Assembly (NCBI GenBank): GCA_026416095.1
Contig: JAOAFV010000017.1
Coordinates: forward strand, 64,146-128,145
DNA: 64,000 nucleotides
Reading direction: 5' to 3'
From: Bacteroidales bacterium
Lineage (GTDB): Bacteria; Bacteroidota; Bacteroidia; Bacteroidales; GWA2-32-17
Program-made: the position numbers and the translations under genes
The notes under the pieces: model-generated
Databases searched by the model: none
Told to the model about the DNA's origin: nothing
The model's input: only the letters and a program-made list of their open reading frames with translations
Part shown: piece after piece, positions 54,949 through 64,000 of the stretch
Numbering within the stretch: position 1 is the first letter of the stretch
Layout of the letters: every line of letters starts with the position of its first letter

Positions 54949-57819
54949 CTAGTTAAAAATCTGTCTCTTTTTAACATAATTAATCTTTCCGTATTTCTCA
55001 AGCTCTTTAATATTAAACATTTTTGTATCGCCTACAATCGATATAATAAGGTTTCTATTCTGAATATTTTTTTTATAAAATTCGTAAACATCATTAAAAG
55101 TTATATCGTAGTATAGCGGAGCTTTACCTTGGTTAGGGTCGTAACTATAACCCCTCATTTTAGCAGACGATACATATTCGGTAATTTCTCTAAAAGATGG
55201 TCTACCACTTAAAGCTGCTTTAACAAGATATTCGACAAAAGTTGGCCAACGCTCCTCTTTACGTGGCATGTTGTAAAAAAGTGAATCGAACACTTGAATC
55301 GCTTCTATTGTTTTATCTGACTGAGTACCTATGTAACCAGTTAAATATGATTTTTGTCCGAATTTTTTTGGAATAATGTAATAAGCTGCAGCAGCATAAG
55401 CCAACGACCTAAACTCTCTTATCTCTTGCATTACTATGCCACTAAAATCGCCACTGAAGTAAGCATTGAAAGCATCAATGTAAGGCTCATCATCAATATT
55501 ATATGGGTTAGTTAGAACATAAAAACGTATATTACTTTGACGTGCCTTTTTATCGTCGATTATGAATATATTTCTTTCTTTATATTCCGACATGGTTTTA
55601 TCGGCAGGAGCAAGCGACTTTTGTGGATTAGTATTCCACTCGTAATTATCTTTCAGTATTTTAATAACGTCTTCGGGATTTAGTTGGCCACAATAATGCA
55701 CTTCAGCTTCATATGAAAGAGCCATTTTTAAAACTTTTATTAAAGAATCGGCTTTTATTTTTCTTAATTCACTCAATGAAGGTCGATTTAAATATGGTGA
55801 TTTATCTTTAAACATTACCCATTTATTTAATGCATCAGAAACATTTAATGGCTCACTTTTTTCTACTTTTCTATTTGCCATTGCCCCCTGTATAATTTGC
55901 TTCATTTTTTCTTGCTCAGGTTTAATTTCTTTTAAAAATTTATTCAAAAGGCTAACACATTTTTCTAAATTTTTTTCTATTCCTGTTAATTTAATAACTG
56001 TAAAATCCTCGTCTGCATAGATTTCGTAATTACAACCAAGTTTAGCGAATTCTAATTTTATTTCTTCAGCTTTTTTATCGCTAGTTCCCACCAGCATTGC
56101 CAGTTGCGAAGCATAAGATAAATAAGAATGATAATATGTCCCTACCCCATATTTTATTTTTAAAGTAAATATATCGTTATACGGATTTTTAGAATAATAA
56201 AAGTTATAGCCTCTTTTAATTCTGTTAAAATACACATCATTTTTGAAATCTACGAATTTTTCCTTAATAGGTAGTTTTCTAACATTTTCAAGTTGTTTCA
56301 CAAATTCCGATTTTTCGTTAATATTAGAAACTACTGGCTTAAAACCAGGTTTTTCTATTTTTTCTTTTTTGGTTTTTCCTATTTTTGAATAAAAAGCTAA
56401 GAAATTATTAGTTAAATATTTATTTGCAATTTTAACAATATCGTCTTTAGTGGTTTTCATTATTTTAATAGGCATATTTTTAACCTCATCAATATCTTTA
56501 TCGGCAGCAAATAATTCTGCAAACATCATTGCTTTACCTTCAGCTGTTTCAAATTGTTGATGAAGTTCTTTATATTTTTCTATTTTTATTGCTTCTAGAA
56601 GACCTTCGTCGAATTCGCCCTTTTTCAATTTTTCAAGTTTCTTAAGTATAAGATCTTCGGCATGAGAAAACTTTTGACCAATAATCTTTGGTATGAACAG
56701 AATTATTAATTGTCCGTAGTCATTGTAAGGTAAATAAATTGCTTGAGCAGCTAGCAATTCGTTATTTAAAGTTAATTCGTCTAATAAACCTGTCATGGTA
56801 GAATTAGAAAGAAGAGATACCATTAATTCAAATTCTGTTTCATCGTCATCTTTAATATTTGGAGCTCTATAACCAAGTAAGCCTATTCTTATTGGGCTCA
56901 TTTTTTTCTGAACAAATTCTCTTCCTTTGAATTCAGTTTCTTCCCATTTCTTTTGTGGGGGTAATTGTTTTTCTTTCCAAGCGCCAAATTTCTCTTCGAT
57001 ATATGGTAAAACTTCATTAATTGAAAAATCTCCAACAAGAATCAGCGCCATGTTATTGGGTACATAATAGGTATTGTAAAATTCATACATTTTATGAAGC
57101 GACGGATTCTTTAGGTGTTCAATTGTTCCAATGAGAGGTTGCTGACCGTAAGGATGTTTTTTATAAAAGTTTCTATTAAACTCTTCAAATAAATTAAAGA
57201 AGAACATATCGGAATAAAGATTTTTTTCTTCGTAAACAGTTTCAAGTTCAGATTGAAAACTTCTAAAAACAGGATTAATAAAACGATGGCTATATATCTC
57301 AATCCATTTATAAATTTCGCTCGGATGAAAGGAATTATGAAAAACTGTTCTATCGTACGAAGTATTTGCATTTACGTCGGTTGCGCCAATTTGTTTAAGT
57401 ATTTTATCAAGTTCATTAGGTATAACATATTCATTGGCCTTAACTGATAAATCATTAATTTTTTGTTGAATTTTTTTTCTTTCAGCATCATTTTTTGTTT
57501 GACTTAGTCTTTCATACATGTTCACTATTGAGTCTAAGTATAACTTTTCTTTTTCCCAATTAGTTGTTCCTAATTTATCTGTACCTTTAAAAAGCATGTG
57601 CTCCATATAATGAGCCATACCTGTAGCATCTGGCGGATCGTTTTTACCTCCAGCTTTTACTACAACAACACCATATACAATTGGCTGGGAATGATCCTCG
57701 CTTAAAATAACCGTTAGACCATTTTTTAGGACAACTTTTTTGTATTTAAAATCAAGCTCTACTTGTGCTCGTATTGCTATATTTAAAAAAAACAATATTA
57801 AAATATAAAAATATTTCAT
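54949..57819 (-). CDS. M16-family (insulinase/pitrilysin-like) zinc peptidase, double-length
   Basis: 956 aa with a signal peptide and an inverted zinc motif H-x-x-E-H (GMAHYMEHMLFKGT). The second half resembles the inactive M16 unit. Confidence 0.88.
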   Translation of the reverse strand: MKYFYILILFFLNIAIRAQVELDFKYKKVVLKNGLTVILSEDHSQPIVYGVVVVKAGGKNDPPDATGMAHYMEHMLFKGTDKLGTTNWEKEKLYLDSIVNMYERLSQTKNDAERKKIQQKINDLSVKANEYVIPNELDKILKQIGATDVNANTSYDRTVFHNSFHPSEIYKWIEIYSHRFINPVFRSFQSELETVYEEKNLYSDMFFFNLFEEFNRNFYKKHPYGQQPLIGTIEHLKNPSLHKMYEFYNTYYVPNNMALILVGDFSINEVLPYIEEKFGAWKEKQLPPQKKWEETEFKGREFVQKKMSPIRIGLLGYRAPNIKDDDETEFELMVSLLSNSTMTGLLDELTLNNELLAAQAIYLPYNDYGQLIILFIPKIIGQKFSHAEDLILKKLEKLKKGEFDEGLLEAIKIEKYKELHQQFETAEGKAMMFAELFAADKDIDEVKNMPIKIMKTTKDDIVKIANKYLTNNFLAFYSKIGKTKKEKIEKPGFKPVVSNINEKSEFVKQLENVRKLPIKEKFVDFKNDVYFNRIKRGYNFYYSKNPYNDIFTLKIKYGVGTYYHSYLSYASQLAMLVGTSDKKAEEIKLEFAKLGCNYEIYADEDFTVIKLTGIEKNLEKCVSLLNKFLKEIKPEQEKMKQIIQGAMANRKVEKSEPLNVSDALNKWVMFKDKSPYLNRPSLSELRKIKADSLIKVLKMALSYEAEVHYCGQLNPEDVIKILKDNYEWNTNPQKSLAPADKTMSEYKERNIFIIDDKKARQSNIRFYVLTNPYNIDDEPYIDAFNAYFSGDFSGIVMQEIREFRSLAYAAAAYYIIPKKFGQKSYLTGYIGTQSDKTIEAIQVFDSLFYNMPRKEERWPTFVEYLVKAALSGRPSFREITEYVSSAKMRGYSYDPNQGKAPLYYDITFNDVYEFYKKNIQNRNLIISIVGDTKMFNIKELEKYGKINYVKKRQIFN

Positions 57820-57838
57820 AAAACAATGGATTAATTTG

Positions 57839-57846
57839 CAAAATTA
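57839..57846 (-). promoter_or_regulatory. -7 box (TAATTTTG) for the M16 peptidase gene
   Basis: Read on the minus strand, 19 nt upstream of ATG 57819. Confidence 0.5.
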
Positions 57847-58063
57847 TTAAATTTTATAATGTTAAAAAAAATTATTCTAAACATTATTTTTTAACTATCT
57901 TATTGCATTTCATTATAAAAAAATTTCAATTTTAAAGAGCTCACATATAAGTTAAAAGTTTCTCAGGTAATTATATTTACCTAAGCATTTGTTATGATCA
58001 TGTTATTAAATACCAGAAAAAACTTACCTTTTAAGAAGAAAAGAGAATTACAAAAATTATTTT

Positions 58064-58071
58064 TATTTTTG
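58064..58071 (+). promoter_or_regulatory. -7 box (TATTTTTG) upstream of the LOG-like gene
   Basis: The motif is 49 nt upstream of ATG 58121. The call is weaker because the surrounding sequence is very T-rich. Confidence 0.35.
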
Positions 58072-58120
58072 TAGTGTTCAAACTTATTAAATTTTAAATG
58101 ACTTGTAAATTAAAAGAAAA

Positions 58121-58615
58121 ATGAAAAAAATAGGCATTATAGGGCCAAATAGCGAGAATTGTCCTGTAGAGTTATATAATTATGGTATAGAGTTAGGATA
58201 TAAAATATCATCGCCTGAAAGATATTTTATTTGTGGCGGACTTGGTGGATTTATGGAAGCCGTATGTAAAGGTATCAAGTCGTCTCCTAACACATTTAAG
58301 GGGCAAACAATAGGTATTCTACCTGGTGAAAAATCGGAAGATGCTAATCCGTTCATAGATATTGCAATCCCTACTGGAATGGGAATTAATCGCAATATTA
58401 TAATTATAAGAGCATCAGATATAATTATTGCTGCTGGTGGAGGAGCAGGAACTTTGTCGGAAATTGCTTTTGCTTGGCAACTTAATAAAAATGTGTTATG
58501 TTTAACTAAGTTTGATGGATGGGCAAAAAAACTTGCAGGTACTGCCTTAGATAATAGGAAAAATAGCCTACTAATACCTGTAGAAGATATTGAAGATATT
58601 CTGCATTATATTTGA
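58121..58615 (+). CDS. TIGR00725/LOG-like (SLOG-fold) Rossmann protein of unknown function
   Basis: 164 aa. IGIIGP..., a GGLGGFMEAV block, and AAGGGAGTLSEIAFA matching the LOG-family PGGxGTxxE-type nucleotide-binding motif. Confidence 0.7.
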   Translation: MKKIGIIGPNSENCPVELYNYGIELGYKISSPERYFICGGLGGFMEAVCKGIKSSPNTFKGQTIGILPGEKSEDANPFIDIAIPTGMGINRNIIIIRASDIIIAAGGGAGTLSEIAFAWQLNKNVLCLTKFDGWAKKLAGTALDNRKNSLLIPVEDIEDILHYI

Positions 58616-59404
58616 CACTTAACTTCAAATAAACTATCGTATTGTCAATATGTAAAGATTTATTCATTCTTCAGGATAATTTAATGGGAGTATCGCTTCA
58701 CATATAAAATCTATTAAGTTTTCTGAGTTCGATATTTTTTTATATACTACAATACTTTACAAATTTAGCTAAAAGAATATAAAATTAGTGTTTTCATAGA
58801 AAATAAAATTTGAGAACATTGCAAAGTTACCAGAAAAATATTTTTTTACAATTAAATATAATTGAAAATCAATATTTTCCAAAATGCTAAGAAACATATA
58901 CAAAAGGTTTTATAAAGATCCAAATTTGTTACTTTTTTACGACTTTAAAATAAACACAGAAATACCTTTACCTTTAATTTTTCAATATTAACTCTGTATT
59001 GCTAATAATTGTTAAAACAAAAAATTAAAAATATACAACCACTTATATTCATAAATAAACAAAGGTCGAAAAATAAAAAAAATATTATTTTGATTTATAA
59101 GTAAAATTTTTAGAACATTGAAATAATAAAAGCTAATCAAAATAATAAAAGTATAAGCTATAAAAAATTTATATAGCATTACTATATAAGGTATAAACAT
59201 TTTGATATTCTTCTTTGCTAAAATAATACTGGTATTTTCGGTTATTCCAAAAAACAAAAAAATATAATTTTTTATATTCTGCATATTTTTCAACTAAAAG
59301 TTAATGTTATAAAACTAAACTAAAAGAAATATTTTAGAAGTTCATTATTTAAGATATAAATTAAAAAAATGGTAAACAAATAATGTTGGCAAACGGATAA
59401 TGTT

Positions 59405-60067
59405 TTATTTAATTTTATTATATTTTTTATGCTCAATAAGAACATTACTTCTATAAATACCTTCAAAAATTATATCGCCTTTTTCGTTCCATTCTCTAAC
59501 AATACCATGCAATGAATCGTTTTGATAATTTAATTCTCTCATTTTTTTACCAGAAGGATAATACCAAATTTCTGGGCCATTTTTTTTACCATCAATATAA
59601 TTTCTTTGTTTTATGAGATTTCCATGCGTGTCATAATATAACCATTTTGAATTCTCTTTTCCACCAATTACTTCACCTTCTTTTTCTATCTTTCCGTTCT
59701 CATAAAAATATTGCCAATAACCATTTGCTTCTCCATTCTTATATTCGCCTTTGGCTCTAAGCATACCAGATGGATAATACCAATACCAATCACCATCTTC
59801 TAACCCATCTTTATAATATCCAACACAATACAAAACTCCCATATCATCATAAAAACGTGAGTAACCATTCTCTAAGCCATTTTCTATATTCTTACGCGAA
59901 ATTATTTTACCACTTGCATTTCGTTCTATTAAAATACCCGTAAAAGGTATATTGGTACCTTTTTCATATATTCTATCCTTCTCATAAACTTGATCTAATT
60001 CTAAAATCTGAGAAAAAATTTCAACCATCAACACTAAAAATATGAATATGCAAAAAATTACTTTCAA
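59405..60067 (-). CDS. MORN-variant repeat protein (YwqK-like), secreted
   Basis: TTG start giving the signal peptide MKVIFCIFIFLVLMVEIFSQ; no upstream ATG. About 7 consecutive repeats of the G.-.-G.W..YY..G pattern (YYKDGLEDGDWYWYYPSGMLRAKGEYKNGEANGYWQYFYENGKIE...). Confidence 0.7.
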   Translation of the reverse strand: MKVIFCIFIFLVLMVEIFSQILELDQVYEKDRIYEKGTNIPFTGILIERNASGKIISRKNIENGLENGYSRFYDDMGVLYCVGYYKDGLEDGDWYWYYPSGMLRAKGEYKNGEANGYWQYFYENGKIEKEGEVIGGKENSKWLYYDTHGNLIKQRNYIDGKKNGPEIWYYPSGKKMRELNYQNDSLHGIVREWNEKGDIIFEGIYRSNVLIEHKKYNKIK

Positions 60068-61042
60068 TTGTCCTTACTAATTTATTATTCACAAATTTAT
60101 AAACACTACTTTTATAAAGCTTAAATTAACTAAAAAAATTTTTAAGTGAAAAAAAAAAGATATATGACTCCTATTCAACAACGCAACATTTTAAGTAAAC
60201 AAATAAAAAATTTCAGAGGAAATAAAAACAATAACAAAATAAATAACAATAGTAGAATTTTATTTATTCAAAATTGTAAAAATAATAAGCAAAAAAAGTA
60301 AAATTTTAAAAGCTTTAATTTACTGAAACTAGTATCATTCTGAGTTAATCTAGATATTTTATTAATCCCAAGATGGAAAAAAATAATTCTCACTGAAACT
60401 TTTAAATTTTAGTTTTCCATAACACTTTCAACTTTTATTTCACGATAAAAATCTTGTAGATTACCACAATTCATAAAAAATCTTATCTTTTCTATAAAAC
60501 ATATCATGAACAAGTTTAAGAAGTAATATTTTAAACTAATTATAATAAAAGTTCAATTTTAAAATTCGATACTTTCTATTTTATTTTGATAATTATCTAT
60601 GTATTTTAGGATAGTTCATAATTCTTCGCAAATAAATCAACATTTTTATCAATCTTATATCAAAAGCTATTCCATGTTAGTTTTCAATTTGTGACTCAAA
60701 ATTATGCCAGTTTTCTAAGCTATTCTTTTTTCTTACTTCAGTATCTTCACGTTAATTTACCTAACAACTTAATTAAATTTCTATTCCGCTAAGTAAAACT
60801 TTTCTATTTATATTTAAGTGTAACTTATGCTATTATGAAGTATTAATAAAGCGATTTCTACTTTTTTCTTCTAACTTTTTACGTTACTTGCTTATTTTAA
60901 AACACTTCATAATAATTAAAAGTATTTAATAATTTATAATTGCTAAAAAAGTTAGATTCCTGTTGATACATTAAACTTTAGTATAGCATAAATTATGACA
61001 ATAAGTAAATATTTTTTAATTCTTTGCTAACATAATATTTTT

Positions 61043-61050
61043 TAATTTTG
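61043..61050 (+). promoter_or_regulatory. -7 box (TAATTTTG) for the DUF2520 gene
   Basis: The motif ends 14 nt upstream of ATG 61065. Confidence 0.5.
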
Positions 61051-61064
61051 CACTCAACAATTAA

Positions 61065-61841
61065 ATGATAAAAACAAAAAGCATATTTCTTATTGGTAGT
61101 GGGAATTTAGCTTGGCACATTTTAGCTTGTTTCAACAAGAAAAACATATCTATTGCAGGAATTTATTCAAGAAATAATGTTGAAGCAAAATATTTAGCAG
61201 AAAAATTTAATTGTAAATTTTATAATAGCCTAAGTGATCTTAAAAACAAGGCAGGAATATTTTTACTATGTGTAAACGATGCCAATATAGAAAAAGTAGC
61301 TTCGGTTTTTACTAAAAATGATCAGTATTTAATTCACTTTTCAGGTTCTGTAAGTTTAAAAACAATCGAAAAATACAATAAAAATTCAGGGGTTTTTTAT
61401 ATTCTGCAATCTTTTACAAAAAACATACCTGTTAATTTTAAAGGGTTACCAGTATTTATAGAAACAAATAATAAGTATCTTTATAAATTTCTCATTCATT
61501 TAGCCAAGTTATTACAACTAAATGTATATTGTTGCAATTCTGCAAAGCGTAAGAAAATACATATTGCTGGTATAATTTCAAGTAATTTTGTTAATTTTTT
61601 AATACTTCTTATTCAAGAATATTTAACAAAAAATAAAATTAATAAATCAATTATAAATCGCATTGTACTACATACTGTTAACAAAGCACTAAGATATGGT
61701 GCGAAAGTTACACAAACTGGGCCTGCTCTAAGAAAGGAAAAAAAGATAATAAAACAACATTTAAAGATTTTAAGAAAACACAAAACCTTATTTTTTATTT
61801 ACAAATTCTTTACTAAAGAAATACAAAAGCGTTTTACTTAA
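61065..61841 (+). CDS. Rossmann-like + DUF2520 domain protein (ProC/ketopantoate-reductase-like fold)
   Basis: N-terminal [13 protein letters not shown] dinucleotide-binding motif and a C-terminal helical region with TGPALR. Confidence 0.65.
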   Translation: MIKTKSIFLIGSGNLAWHILACFNKKNISIAGIYSRNNVEAKYLAEKFNCKFYNSLSDLKNKAGIFLLCVNDANIEKVASVFTKNDQYLIHFSGSVSLKTIEKYNKNSGVFYILQSFTKNIPVNFKGLPVFIETNNKYLYKFLIHLAKLLQLNVYCCNSAKRKKIHIAGIISSNFVNFLILLIQEYLTKNKINKSIINRIVLHTVNKALRYGAKVTQTGPALRKEKKIIKQHLKILRKHKTLFFIYKFFTKEIQKRFT

Positions 61842-62575
61842 AAGTTTGCTTTCAAAAATTCTCTATTCAATCTAGCGATGTGAGAAATCGATATATTTTT
61901 TGGGCATTCAATTTCGCAAGCTCTCGTATTTGTGCAGCTTCCGAAGCCGAGTTCATCCATTTTAGCGATCATAGCTTTTACTCGTTTAGCAGCTTCAATT
62001 TTTCCTTGTGGCAGTAAGGCTAAATGTGACACCTTGGCTGCAACAAATAACATTGCCGAAGCATTTTTACAAGCTGCAACACAAGCTCCACACCCTATAC
62101 AGCTTGCTGCATCCATTGCTTCTTCAGCAACTTCTGGTGGTATAAGTATACTATTTGCTTCTGGAGCTTCACCAGTACATACAGAAATATAACCACCTTC
62201 TTGCAAAATTTTATCAAAAGCGCTTCTATCAACAATTAAATCTTTAATTATAGGGAAAGCTTTTGCTCGCCAAGGTTCAACAACTATTGTGTCGCCATCT
62301 TTAAATTTTCGCATAAATAACTGACATGTTGTTATATCATCATCGGGCCCATGAGGTCGACCATTTATATACAAACCACACATCCCACATATTCCTTCTC
62401 GGCAATCATGATCAAAAGCCACAGGACTTTTACCTTCCTTAATCAATTTTTGATTAAGAATATCAAGCATTTCAAGAAACGATGTTTCGGGAGTTATGTT
62501 CTCTATTTCATACGTTTCAAATCTCCCTTTATCTTTAGGTCCATTCTGACGCCATATTTTTAATGTAAAATCCAT
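61838..62575 (-). CDS. sdhB: Succinate dehydrogenase/fumarate reductase iron-sulfur subunit
   Basis: Three Cys clusters: [21 protein letters not shown] and [12 protein letters not shown]. Confidence 0.93.
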   Translation of the reverse strand: MDFTLKIWRQNGPKDKGRFETYEIENITPETSFLEMLDILNQKLIKEGKSPVAFDHDCREGICGMCGLYINGRPHGPDDDITTCQLFMRKFKDGDTIVVEPWRAKAFPIIKDLIVDRSAFDKILQEGGYISVCTGEAPEANSILIPPEVAEEAMDAASCIGCGACVAACKNASAMLFVAAKVSHLALLPQGKIEAAKRVKAMIAKMDELGFGSCTNTRACEIECPKNISISHIARLNREFLKANF

Positions 62576-62587
62576 ATGATAAATTTT

Positions 62588-64000
62588 TTATTTATAACTA
62601 CGTTGAACCAGTTTAACTTCTTTAAATTCTAAAATATCTTTATTTAGAATTGGCTCCTTATCTAGCCCTTGATATTCCCAAGCTGCCACATAAGCAAATT
62701 TTTCATCGTTTCTCAAGCATTCTCCTTCTTCGGTTTGATATTCTTCTCGAAAATGGCCACCACAAGACTCTTCTCTATGTAATGCATCAAAAGCAATTAG
62801 TTCGCCCATTTCCATAAAATCAGCAACTCTTAATGCTTTTTCAAGCTCCTGATTCAAGGTATATGGTTGTTCAGGGACATAAACATTTTTCCAGAACTCG
62901 CTTCGTAATTCTTTTATTAGTTCTATAGCTTTTTTTAGTCCTTCGGCTGTTCGCGACATGCCAACATAATCCCACATTATTTTTCCTAATTTCCGATGGT
63001 AATAATCAACAGTTTCTGTTTTTGATGTGCTAAATAACCGTTCAATTTCTTCTTTTACTTCTTTTTCGGCTAAATCAAACTCTTGAATATCTGTAGGTAA
63101 TGGTTTTTCTTTAATCATATCGGCTAGATAATGCCCAATAGTATATGGTAAGATGAAGTACCCATCGGCTAACCCTTGCATAAGTGCAGAAGCTCCTAAT
63201 CGATTTGCACCATGATCGCTAAAATTACATTCTCCAATAGCAAATAATCCTGGAACAGTTGTCATTAAAAGATAATCGACCCATAACCCACCCATTGTAT
63301 AATGTATTGCAGGATATATCATCATTGGGGTTTCATAAGGATTATCGCCAGTAATTTTTTCATACATTTGGAACAAGTTACCATATCTTTTTTCTATGGT
63401 TTCTTTGCCGAGTTTTTTAATAGAATCGGCAAAATCAAGAAAAACAGCTAATCCTGTAGAATTTACTCCATAACCAGCATCACAACGTTCTTTAACAGCT
63501 CTAGAAGCTATATCGCGAGGCACTAAATTTCCATATGAAGGATAACGGCGTTCTAAAAAATAATCTCTATTTTCTTCTGGAATATCATTAGCTTTTATTT
63601 CTCCTTTTTGCAATTTTTTGGCATCTTCTAAATTTTTCGGGACCCAAACTCTACCATCGTTACGAAGACTTTCACTCATTAAAGTTAATTTCGACTGAAA
63701 ATCTCCATGCAACGGAATACAAGTCGGATGTATTTGAACAAAACACGGATTCCCAAAATAAGCGCCTTTTTTGTAAGCACGCCATATGAGTGAACCATTA
63801 GAACCTTTAGCATTAGTAGAAAGGTAATAAACATTACCATAACCACCTGTTGCAAGCACCACTGCATGAGCACTAAATCGCTTTATTTCGCCTGTTACTA
63901 AGTCGCGTGCAATAACTCCTCTTGCCCTTCCGTTAACTATAACGATGTTTAAAACATCATGACGATTATACAGTTTAACCTTTCCTTCTTTTATTTGTCG
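62588..64000 (-). CDS. sdhA: Succinate dehydrogenase/fumarate reductase flavoprotein subunit, C-terminal ~470 aa (N-terminus beyond right edge)
   Basis: The reading frame is open from base 64000 ([59 protein letters not shown]...), so the track's start at 63862 is an internal GTG. Motifs: [21 protein letters not shown] and [10 protein letters not shown]. Confidence 0.93.
   Translation of the reverse strand, partial: RQIKEGKVKLYNRHDVLNIVIVNGRARGVIARDLVTGEIKRFSAHAVVLATGGYGNVYYLSTNAKGSNGSLIWRAYKKGAYFGNPCFVQIHPTCIPLHGDFQSKLTLMSESLRNDGRVWVPKNLEDAKKLQKGEIKANDIPEENRDYFLERRYPSYGNLVPRDIASRAVKERCDAGYGVNSTGLAVFLDFADSIKKLGKETIEKRYGNLFQMYEKITGDNPYETPMMIYPAIHYTMGGLWVDYLLMTTVPGLFAIGECNFSDHGANRLGASALMQGLADGYFILPYTIGHYLADMIKEKPLPTDIQEFDLAEKEVKEEIERLFSTSKTETVDYYHRKLGKIMWDYVGMSRTAEGLKKAIELIKELRSEFWKNVYVPEQPYTLNQELEKALRVADFMEMGELIAFDALHREESCGGHFREEYQTEEGECLRNDEKFAYVAAWEYQGLDKEPILNKDILEFKEVKLVQRSYK

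Noticed and set aside
59012-59293. 93-aa F/I/L/N/K-rich ORF on the minus strand in the 58.6-59.4 kb tract
   Set aside because: Its composition is what a T-rich strand yields by chance. I found no TAnnTTTG box upstream and no recognisable motif. A small membrane protein cannot be excluded, so the region is covered under the ORF-poor islet finding.
1-64000. Alternative genetic code as an explanation for the ORF-free tracts
   Set aside because: Conserved genes across the window terminate at TAA, TAG and TGA at the expected lengths under code 11, and the ORF-free tracts contain all three stop codons densely in every frame.

Overview
AT-rich, densely coding chromosomal segment that looks Bacteroidota-type. 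Evidence for this: TAnnTTTG -7 promoter boxes in front of most transcription units, T9SS type-B C-terminal sorting domains, SprB repeats, DUF5683 after parAB, and a dcw cluster without murF or ddl. Left to right: a PorW/SprE-like TPR lipoprotein (partial), an SRP RNA, a 1345-aa T9SS adhesin, a small polysaccharide cluster (manC, oxidoreductase, lipoprotein, priming sugar transferase), rhodanese, CCA-adding enzyme, methylmalonyl-CoA epimerase, a TPR-PD40-OmpA protein, an AsmA-family protein, an HD-hydrolase + RtcB pair, tRNA-Pro(GGG), the full mraZ-to-ftsZ dcw cluster, a second 1354-aa T9SS adhesin preceded by an Omp85 lipoprotein, tandem Wzz-like genes plus an O-antigen-ligase-like gene, a parA-parB-DUF5683-lytic transglycosylase-SGNH-SGNH-MBOAT string, an M16 peptidase, an ORF-poor islet holding a LOG/TIGR00725-like gene and a MORN-repeat gene, DUF2520, and sdhB plus partial sdhA. 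I found no transposase, integrase, phage gene, CRISPR array or recognisable defence system, and I cannot point to a clearly novel system. The best second-look candidates are the HD-RtcB operon with its 1.14-kb ORF-free tail, a predicted MraZ operator, a G8 tract inside the MBOAT gene, a PatA/PatB/Ape-like O-acetylation module coupled to parAB, the lipoprotein-Omp85-adhesin unit, and the ORF-poor islet at 57.8-61.1 kb. All functional calls rest on motifs read by eye and on remembered family knowledge. No searches were run.
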